A stretch of DNA of 64,000 bases from an uncultured Gemmatimonadaceae bacterium (GTDB lineage Bacteria; Gemmatimonadota; Gemmatimonadetes; Gemmatimonadales; Gemmatimonadaceae), in the NCBI GenBank assembly GCA_963751275.1, contig CAVVTZ010000011.1, positions 128,001-192,000 of the forward strand, given 5' to 3'. Below the pieces are notes generated by a model, which made no database searches, was not told where the DNA came from, and worked only from the letters and a program-made list of their open reading frames with translations. Of the stretch, positions 57,106-64,000 are shown in pieces; position 1 is the first letter of the stretch, and every line of letters starts with the position of its first letter. The position numbers were made by a program, and so were the translations under genes.

Positions 57106-58692
57106 ATGAAACGAGAGATACTGATCAACGCCGGCGCGCGGGAAACGCGCGTGGCGATGCTGGAGGATGACCAGCTCGTCGAGCTGATGATGGACCGCCC
57201 CGACAACCGCCGCATGGTAGGCGATATCTACCTCGGCCGCGTGGACGCCGTGCTGCCGGGGATCCAGGCCGCCTTCGTCGACATTGGCACCGAGAAGAGT
57301 GCCTTCCTGCACGCGTCCGACCTCGTCTTCCCCGAAGACGACGACAAGGATGACGACGACGCAGCCGACGCCCCCGCCAATGGCGAGGGCGACGAGAGCG
57401 AAGAGAGCGAGGAGGAGAGCCCAGGCCGCCGCCCGCGCCGCGCCAAGGCGCCGCCCATCCAGGACATGCTCAAGCGAGGCCAGGAGATCCTGGTGCAGGT
57501 GTCCAAGGAGCCGATCTCCACGAAGGGCCCGCGCGTCACCGCGCAGATCTCCCTCGCGGGACGCTTCCTGGTCTATCTCCCCTTCGCGTCCCGCGTGGGA
57601 GTGAGCCGCAAGATCGGCGAGCGCGCGGAGCGCCAGCGGCTGCGCGAACTGGTCACGGCCGCGCTGCCGGACGAGTCGGGCGGCGTGATCGTGCGCACCG
57701 TGGGCGAGGATGTCACGCAGGAGACCTTCCGCCGCGAGCTGGTGTCGCTGCAGGCGCAATGGAAGAAGATCCAGCGCAAGACGCACTTCCAGAAGGCGCC
57801 CAACCTCGTGCACCGCGAGACGTCGCTCACGCGCGGACTGATCCGCGATGTGTTCAGCGCCAAGGTCGATGCGCTGCAGGTGGACTCGAAGCAGGTCTAC
57901 AACGAGATCATCGAATACCTCAAGGCGATCGCGCCGGAACTCATCGAGCGCGTGCAGCTCTACGCCGATCCGCAGCCGCTGTTCGACAAGGCCGAGGTGG
58001 AGTCCGAGATCCGCGATCTGTTCAAGCGCCGCTGCGACCTGCCGTCGGGCGGGTATCTCATCATCGAGCAGACGGAAGCGCTCGTCTCGGTGGACGTGAA
58101 CTCGGGCCGCTACACCGGCAAGAAGGATCCCGAGAAGACGATCCTGCGCACGAACACCGAGGCCGCGAAGGAAGTGGCCCGCCAGCTGCGGCTGCGCGAC
58201 ATCGGCGGCATCATCGTCTGCGACTTCATCGACATGGAGACGCGGCAGAATCGCGAGAAGGTGCTGCAGGAGCTGCGCACCAACCTCTCACGCGACCGCG
58301 CGCGCACGAAAGCCTACGCGGTAAGCGAGCTCGGCCTGATCGAAATGACCCGCCAGCGCGTGCGGGCCGGCCACTACCACAGCATGACCGAACCGTGCAC
58401 CGTGTGCGGTGGCTCCGGGCGTGTGTTCAGCCCGGAGAGCACTGTGCGCCGGCTGGAGCGGTCGGTGCGGCGCATGGCGAGCGAGGGACGCAAGGACGCG
58501 ATCATCGTGAAGCTGCACCCCGACGTCGCGATGTACGTGCTGGAGAACGAGCACGACTTCGCGCGGAAGCTCGAGAAAGCGCTGGGACTGCACCTGGACG
58601 TGCGCGACGATCCGCTGCTGAAGCCCGACGAGTTCAAGCTGGTGCTGAAGGGCGCGGAGCGCGACGTGACGCAGCAGTACGCCGTGGCCTGA
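57106..58692 (+). CDS. Rne/Rng-family ribonuclease (RNase G-length)
   Basis: GDIY.G.V..VLPGIQAAFVDIG, QVSKEPISTKGPR, DVNSG, LRLRD.GGII..DFIDM, GL.EMTRQR, C..C.G.G. Confidence 0.95.
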   Translation: MKREILINAGARETRVAMLEDDQLVELMMDRPDNRRMVGDIYLGRVDAVLPGIQAAFVDIGTEKSAFLHASDLVFPEDDDKDDDDAADAPANGEGDESEESEEESPGRRPRRAKAPPIQDMLKRGQEILVQVSKEPISTKGPRVTAQISLAGRFLVYLPFASRVGVSRKIGERAERQRLRELVTAALPDESGGVIVRTVGEDVTQETFRRELVSLQAQWKKIQRKTHFQKAPNLVHRETSLTRGLIRDVFSAKVDALQVDSKQVYNEIIEYLKAIAPELIERVQLYADPQPLFDKAEVESEIRDLFKRRCDLPSGGYLIIEQTEALVSVDVNSGRYTGKKDPEKTILRTNTEAAKEVARQLRLRDIGGIIVCDFIDMETRQNREKVLQELRTNLSRDRARTKAYAVSELGLIEMTRQRVRAGHYHSMTEPCTVCGGSGRVFSPESTVRRLERSVRRMASEGRKDAIIVKLHPDVAMYVLENEHDFARKLEKALGLHLDVRDDPLLKPDEFKLVLKGAERDVTQQYAVA

Positions 58693-58700
58693 ACGGCGCG

Positions 58701-59138
58701 CTAGAGCGCCTTCCCGAAGATGAGCCCGAAGAGCAGCACCCCAAGGACGAATGTGGCGATCGCGACGTAGATCTGGTCGCGCTCGATGATGAAGATCAGG
58801 ATCGTCAGCGCGACCCGCACCACCGGCAACAGGATCAGGAGGATGATCCCGAGGCTGATGAGCACGAGCGGGTCCGCGTAGGATGCGCCGTGCAGGAAGG
58901 TGCCAAGCGAAGCCGGCGGGGCGGCGGCGCCCACCAACGCCCCCCGCGTGAGCTGCGGCAACACTTCGCTCATAGAGGCGCCCGCCCGGCTCGGGCGCGC
59001 CGCCGCCAGCGCGACGCCCGCAATGATCACAAGCGCACAGAGCAGCACACCGTATCGCAGGACATTGCCGATGAGCACATCCACCTGGTCGCGCGACAGC
59101 GGGGGCGATGCCCGGCCGGTCCGCCCGCGGCCGCTCAC
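58701..59138 (-). CDS. DUF1634 membrane protein
   Basis: IG.VLRYGV, LGI.LLILLP..RV; typical partner of TauE genes; GTGA overlap. Confidence 0.8.
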   Translation of the reverse strand: MSGRGRTGRASPPLSRDQVDVLIGNVLRYGVLLCALVIIAGVALAAARPSRAGASMSEVLPQLTRGALVGAAAPPASLGTFLHGASYADPLVLISLGIILLILLPVVRVALTILIFIIERDQIYVAIATFVLGVLLFGLIFGKAL

Positions 59139-59995
59139 TGCATCCCCCAGGCGCGCAGCCCCATCTCCACCGCGACGGCGATGAGCACGAATACGAAGGC
59201 GATCCGGATGTGGCGGCTCGGCGCGATCATCATGAGCCGCGTCCCGATCCACGAGCCGCCGAGCACGCCGAGCGCGATCGGCGCCGCCAGCGCCGGCAGA
59301 ATGTCGCCGCGCATGAAGTAGGTGCCGGCGCTCGCCGCCGCCGTCACGCCGATCATGAAGTTCGACGTCGCGCTGGACACCTTGATCGGCAGCCGCATCG
59401 CCCGGTCCATCGCGGGGACCTTCAGCACGCCGCTCCCCACCCCGAGGAGACCCGAGACCATGCCGGCGCCGATCATGAGCAGGAACCCGAGCTTGACGCC
59501 GTGCACGGTGTACGGGACGTCGCGGCCGAGCGCCTTGTCGGGATAGTGCGAATTCAGGCCGAGGCGTGCCGCGAGCGGATCCGCCGGCGTGGGCGCGTGC
59601 GGCAGATCCTGCCGCCGCGCGCGGACCATCGCGATCGCCGAATAGGCCAGGATCGCCGCGAACACGGCGAAAAGGAAACGGGTGTGCACGTACCCCGCGA
59701 TGAGGGCGCCGCTGAGCGCGCCGCACGAGGTCGCCACTTCGAGCAACATGGCGACGCGGATGTTGGTGATGTGGTCCCGGACGTACGTCGCGGCGGCCCC
59801 GGACGACGTCGCGATCACCGAGACGATGCTTGCGCCAATGGCATACCGGATGTTGATGCCGAACCCGAGGGTGAGCACCGGGACGAGGATCACGCCGCCG
59901 CCGAGCCCGAGGATCGCGCCCAGGGTGCCCGCCGCCACCGATATGACAAAGAGCACGGCTTCGAACGCGACCGGGTTGGTGATCCACTGATGCAT
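59135..59995 (-). CDS. TauE/SafE (TSUP) exporter
   Basis: GLGGG..LVP, AIGAS.VSVIATS, SGLLGVGSG, P.K...ATSNFM.GVT. Confidence 0.9.
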   Translation of the reverse strand: MHQWITNPVAFEAVLFVISVAAGTLGAILGLGGGVILVPVLTLGFGINIRYAIGASIVSVIATSSGAAATYVRDHITNIRVAMLLEVATSCGALSGALIAGYVHTRFLFAVFAAILAYSAIAMVRARRQDLPHAPTPADPLAARLGLNSHYPDKALGRDVPYTVHGVKLGFLLMIGAGMVSGLLGVGSGVLKVPAMDRAMRLPIKVSSATSNFMIGVTAAASAGTYFMRGDILPALAAPIALGVLGGSWIGTRLMMIAPSRHIRIAFVFVLIAVAVEMGLRAWGMQ

Positions 59996-60101
59996 GGCGC
60001 CAATCTACAGGCTGTCCCGACGGCCGTAAGTCATGCCCCCACGCGACGATGGTCCGCCAAAGGGAGCGCGGCGTTGCCGGCCATTCACGAATGCGCGCGA
60101 G

Positions 60102-60130
60102 TTGACACCCGCCCGCCGAGCGACTAAGTT
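60102..60130 (+). promoter_or_regulatory. sigma70-type promoter of rplU-rpmA
   Basis: TTGACA (60102-60107), 17 nt, TAAGTT (60125-60130). Confidence 0.75.
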
Positions 60131-60171
60131 GCTCAGTCTATATCAGTTACCCTGACACACCTTCCGTGCCC

Positions 60172-60489
60172 ATGAACTACGCCATCATCCGCACTGCCGG
60201 CTTCCAATTCAAAGTCGAAGAGGGCAAGACACTTCGGATCCCCAGCCTCGAGGCCGAGGTGGGCTCGAAGGTCACCTTCGATGAGGTGCTCCTGAGCTCC
60301 GATGGCACCAAGGTCCGCGCCGGTACCCCCACGGTGAAGGGCGCCAAGGTGACCGCCGAGATCACCCGCCACGGCAAGGCGGACAAGATCGTCGTCTTCA
60401 AGATGAAGCGCCGCAAGAACTACGCGAAGAAGCAGGGACACCGGCAGGGCTTCACGGAAGTGAAGATCAACGACATCACACTCGGCTGA
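60172..60489 (+). CDS. rplU: 50S ribosomal protein L21
   Basis: YAII.T.G.Q.KV.EG, FK.KRRKNY.K..GHRQ. Confidence 0.97.
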   Translation: MNYAIIRTAGFQFKVEEGKTLRIPSLEAEVGSKVTFDEVLLSSDGTKVRAGTPTVKGAKVTAEITRHGKADKIVVFKMKRRKNYAKKQGHRQGFTEVKINDITLG

Positions 60490-60498
60490 GATCGACCA

Positions 60499-60777
60499 AT
60501 GGCTCATAAGAAAGGCGTAGGCTCCAGCCGGAACGGCCGCGACAGCAATCCGCAGTACCGCGGCGTGAAGAAGTACGGCGGCGAGCGCGTGCGCGCGGGC
60601 AACATCATCATCCGCCAGTGCGGCACCAAGGTCCACCCGGGCCGCAACGTGGGCGTCGGCTCCGATTTCACGATCTTCGCCCTGATCGACGGCGTCGTGA
60701 AGTTCGAGCACAAGAATAAGCTGCGCATGAAGGTCAGCGTCTACCCGGCCGAGGGCGAGAAGGTCACCGCCGCGTAG
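60499..60777 (+). CDS. rpmA: 50S ribosomal protein L27
   Basis: [24 protein letters not shown]. Confidence 0.98.
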   Translation: MAHKKGVGSSRNGRDSNPQYRGVKKYGGERVRAGNIIIRQCGTKVHPGRNVGVGSDFTIFALIDGVVKFEHKNKLRMKVSVYPAEGEKVTAA

Positions 60778-60799
60778 CCGCACCGTTCGTGCTGTTCCG

Positions 60800-60834
60800 G
60801 AACGCCCCTGCGCATCGCGCGGGGGCGTTCTTCG
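60800..60834 (+). terminator. intrinsic terminator of rplU-rpmA
   Basis: GAACGCCCCTGCGC-ATC-GCGCGGGGGCGTTC followed by a pyrimidine-rich tail. Confidence 0.7.
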
Positions 60835-60838
60835 TCTC

Positions 60839-60943
60839 ACTGCTTTGACATGATTAACATGATGAGCATGATGTAAACCGCTCACGCGTGTCGTTGTTCA
60901 TAATCATGTTCATCGTGCTAATCCTGTCCAAAGCAGTTGCCGT
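60839..60943. repeat. dispersed palindromic element, copy 2
   Basis: arms 60839-60872 and 60903-60937 are imperfectly complementary; ends GCAGTTGCCGT, the reverse complement of 562-572. Confidence 0.8.
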
Positions 60944-61008
60944 ACACGAAACCCACCGTGACGCGTGGCGTACTATTATTCAGTACAGTATCTCACCACG
61001 GGGATCCC

Positions 61009-61323
61009 ATGACCGTCTGGACCAGACTCAAGGAAGAACTCGACCGCGCCGGCCGCATGGCGCAGGTCGCGATGGATGAAGGGAAGATCCGGCTCGAGTT
61101 GATGCGCACCCGCCAGCTCGCCGACCGCGCCGCACAGACGCTCGGCTACGAATACTTCCGCGCGAAGCAGGCGGGGAAGGAGATCGACGCCGAGGTCCAC
61201 ACGCGCCTGATCACCGCGCTCGACGCGCACCTCGTCGAGATCGCGCGGCAGGAAGCGACGCTCGCGAGCATGGTCGCCTCGCGCCAGCCGCCTGCATCGG
61301 AGCCGCCGGCGCCGACGAACTGA
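61009..61323 (+). CDS. hypothetical helical protein, 104 aa
   Basis: clean ORF with GC3-biased codons and coiled-coil-like sequence. Confidence 0.65.
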   Translation: MTVWTRLKEELDRAGRMAQVAMDEGKIRLELMRTRQLADRAAQTLGYEYFRAKQAGKEIDAEVHTRLITALDAHLVEIARQEATLASMVASRQPPASEPPAPTN

Positions 61324-61429
61324 TCGACCGACGCATGATCGGTCGCCGCCTCGAGGCGCGCCGTGCAGTTGCGCGTCCCGCGGCGCATCCCGCGTCCCGC
61401 GTCCCGAACGCGACCAAGCTTGATGCAGA

Positions 61430-61461
61430 ACGGGCGCGGAGGAATTGACCTCCGCGCCCGT
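61430..61461. terminator. bidirectional terminator-like hairpin
   Basis: perfect 13-bp stem ACGGGCGCGGAGG / CCTCCGCGCCCGT between convergent genes. Confidence 0.7.
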
Positions 61462-61485
61462 CCAGTTGATGCTCCCAATCCGACC

Positions 61486-62769
61486 TTAGGGCTTAGTATA
61501 ATCCGCCGGCAGATTCTTGTACCGCTGCGTCAGCAGATCCTGACGTGACGGCGTCGTATTCTCCACGCCGCGAATGTACACATGCTCCGCGCGCGTCGCG
61601 AACTCGAACGGGTCGCCGTTCCAGATCACGACGTTCCCCTCCATGCCGGGCTTCAGCGCACCCACCCTGTCGCTCACGCCGAACACGACCGCCGGCGCCC
61701 ACGTGATCGCGGCGAGCGCATCGTTCCACGACATGCCATAACCCACCGCATTGCCCGCCTCATAGCGGATGTTGCGGATGTTGAACGCATCCTCGTCGCC
61801 GCCGCCGGCGTTGCCGATGAGCACGACGGTCACGCCCGCCTTCTTCAGCATCGCGGCGTTCTCCTGCCGCGAATTGAGCATGGTGAAATTGTACGGGATG
61901 TTGCTCATTGCGCCCGCCAGCACCGGCACCTTCGCCGCCGCGATCCGATCCGCCACCATCCAACCTTCCGCGGCTCCCGAGAGCACGATCTTGATGTGAA
62001 AGTCACTGGTGAGCCGGAGCGCCTGCACAATGTTCGACGCGCGATCCACGTCCAGCACGAGCGGGATCTTCCCTGTGACCACCGGGATCATCGCCTCCAT
62101 GTCCTGCCGGCGGAAGGCGAACGGCAGCATCTTCGCGCCGTTGTACTCCGCCTTGTGCGCCATGTACGTACTCGTGTTCTCGATCAGCTCGCGCAGCTTC
62201 GCGATCAGTTCGCCCTCGGCGCCGACCCCCGCGTTCCGGTTGCCCTCGAACGAGGCGGACATGCCCACCGGTCCCTTGAGCAGCATGCTCGCCAACGAGC
62301 CGCTGCCGAGATCCACGAACGCGCCCTGACCCGCGACCAGATTGCCGCGCGGCCAAATGCCGGCCGTCGTGACGCCGTACTCACGATTGTTCGGGATGAG
62401 CACGTTCTCCGGATCGTACGCGAGCCACGGCTGGAAGCTCGCCGAGATGTGGTCCGCGCCCTCGGCGTGGGATTCATTCGCATCCGCGCCGAAGCCGACG
62501 TCGAACAGGCCGACGGCCGTCGCCGCGTTCACCAGCCCCGGCGTCACCCACTTGCCGGTGGCATCGATCTTGGTCGCACCCGCGGGGATCGCGACGTTCG
62601 CGCCCACGGCGGTGATCTTTCCCTTGGTGATGATGACCGTGCCGTTCTTGATGACGGGACCGCTCACCGGATACACCGTGCCGCCGGTGATGGCGATCGT
62701 CTGCGCCGGCAGCGCGAACGCGGCCAGGACAGTAGCGAGGGCAACGAGCCCGAAGTGTGAGCGGCGCAT
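61486..62769 (-). CDS. secreted amidohydrolase-fold protein lacking metal ligands
   Basis: signal peptide; IDATGK.VTPGL, AL.AIT..PA...G...VG.L.PG, W.GDP; HxH replaced by ATA. Confidence 0.85.
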   Translation of the reverse strand: MRRSHFGLVALATVLAAFALPAQTIAITGGTVYPVSGPVIKNGTVIITKGKITAVGANVAIPAGATKIDATGKWVTPGLVNAATAVGLFDVGFGADANESHAEGADHISASFQPWLAYDPENVLIPNNREYGVTTAGIWPRGNLVAGQGAFVDLGSGSLASMLLKGPVGMSASFEGNRNAGVGAEGELIAKLRELIENTSTYMAHKAEYNGAKMLPFAFRRQDMEAMIPVVTGKIPLVLDVDRASNIVQALRLTSDFHIKIVLSGAAEGWMVADRIAAAKVPVLAGAMSNIPYNFTMLNSRQENAAMLKKAGVTVVLIGNAGGGDEDAFNIRNIRYEAGNAVGYGMSWNDALAAITWAPAVVFGVSDRVGALKPGMEGNVVIWNGDPFEFATRAEHVYIRGVENTTPSRQDLLTQRYKNLPADYTKP

Positions 62770-64000
62770 TAGTTGCTCCCTCCCGCGGTATGCACGAAGC
62801 CGAGTTCGAAGTCAGTCCGCCAATCCGCCTTCGGATCCGCGCGGTTGTACAGCATCGCACCGTCGATCCAGACGTTCTCGGCGTGCGTGTACACGCTGAA
62901 CGGATCGCCCGACCAGAGCACGACGTCGGCGTTCTTGCCGACCTCGATCGAACCGATCTTGTCGTTGAGGCCGAGCGCCCACGCCGGATTGATCGTGTTC
63001 CACTTGATGGCCTGGTCTTCCGGAGATGTCGAGGCCGATCGCGCGGCCCGCCGCCATCGCCTTCGCCGTCTCCTGGTTCAGGCGCTGCTCACCCGACGCG
63101 TCGTCCGAGTGCGTCATCGCGATCCCGCCCGCATGGTCGAGGAGCGCGAGGTTCGCCTCGATGCCGTCGAGCGCCTCCATCTTGAAGCCGCCCCAGTCGG
63201 CCCAGAGCGCGCCAGCGATCGAGTCCTTCGCGAGCACGTTCGCGATCTTGTACGCTTCCACGCCGTGGTGGAACGACCGGATCTTGTAGCCGAACTCATT
63301 CGCGATGTCGATGATCTGCATCATCTCGTCCGCGCGGTAGCAGTGCATGTGGACGAGGATGTTCCCGCGCAGCACCTCGGCGAGCGTCTCGATGCCGAGA
63401 TCGCGCTTCGGCGGATCGCCCTTCGACGGATCCGCGAGATACTTGTCCCACGCGCGGCGGTACGCTTCGGCATCGATCCACGCCTGCCGGTAGCCGGCCA
63501 CGTTGCCCATGCGGGTCTGCGGTCCGCCGCGGTTGCCGTACACACGCTTCGGATTCTCACCGCACGCCATCTTGAGGCCGTACTTCGCGCCGGGGAACTT
63601 CATTCCCTGCACGGACGCCGACGGCACGACCTTGAGTACGACGCTGCGGCCGCCGAAGAGGTTCGCCGAACCCGGCAGCACCTGGAGCGTCGTGATGCCG
63701 CCCGCCAGCGACCGCGGGAACTGCGGATCCTGCGGCCACACCGAATGCTCGGCCCAGACGTAGGCCGTGTTCGGGCGCACCGCTTCGTTGCCATCGCTGT
63801 TGGCCTCCACCCCAGGCGCGGAATACACGCCGAGGTGTGAGTGGATGTCGATGAAGCCCGGCGTCACGAACTTGCCGGTGCCGTCGATCACGACCGCATC
63901 GGCGGGCGCGGCCACGTTCGTGCCTACCGCCACGATCTTGCCCCCCTGCATCAGCACCGAGCCGCCCACAATGCGCGGGCCGGCGGCGGTGAGGATCGTC
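62769..64000 (-). CDS. amidohydrolase (imidazolonepropionase-like), 5' end outside the window, frameshift near 63020
   Basis: TPGFIDIHSH, LKMACGENPK, H.HCYRADE, HHGVEAY, HSD, WSGDPF. Confidence 0.9.

Noticed and set aside
60888..61079. 63-aa ORF with hydrophobic start
   Set aside because: It is a translation of the palindromic repeat arm and overlaps the better ORF at 61009
61373..61405. GC(G/A)TCCC heptamer repeated four times
   Set aside because: Short GC-rich microsatellite-like run in an intergenic gap; no supportable function

Overview
High-GC bacterial core-genome window; gene content and sequence style suggest Gemmatimonadota (inference, not tested). Many essential genes carry single-base frameshifts, most likely long-read consensus errors, so several long ORFs in the supplied track are chimeras. 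In order: tmRNA (ssrA), DUF72, a ~14 kb minus-strand run (truA-degP-purB-purC-psd-pssA-purS-purQ-hyp-purL-purF-ppdK), GAF protein-trpD, lexA divergent from trpCFB-HEAT-HD-GYP-trpA, NFACT/RqcH-like gene, folK-panB-panC-glmU-like-yqeK-lytR_C, rlmN, a ~23 kb plus-strand run (PTS EIIA, vanZ, aspS, phoH, 7TM-HD, ybeY, two CNNM, meaB, B12 acyl-CoA mutase subunits, carboxyltransferase, split AtuA, crotonase, U32, recQ, ACAD), an EEP lipoprotein, rne/rng, TauE/DUF1634, rplU-rpmA and an amidohydrolase pair. No CRISPR array, integrase or transposase was seen. Best leads: (1) a doubled CCGAA-N6-CCGAA direct-repeat operator lying on the lexA promoter; (2) a HEAT-repeat and HD-GYP gene pair with an apparently shared unnamed N-terminal domain, inserted between trpB and trpA; (3) an isobutyryl-CoA-mutase-type enzyme clustered with AtuA, a carboxyltransferase, a crotonase and an ACAD; (4) a GlmU-like protein that has lost both active sites; (5) a dispersed 9-nt-periodic palindromic element found twice after terminators; (6) a perfect 33-bp inverted repeat that includes the tmRNA 3' end.
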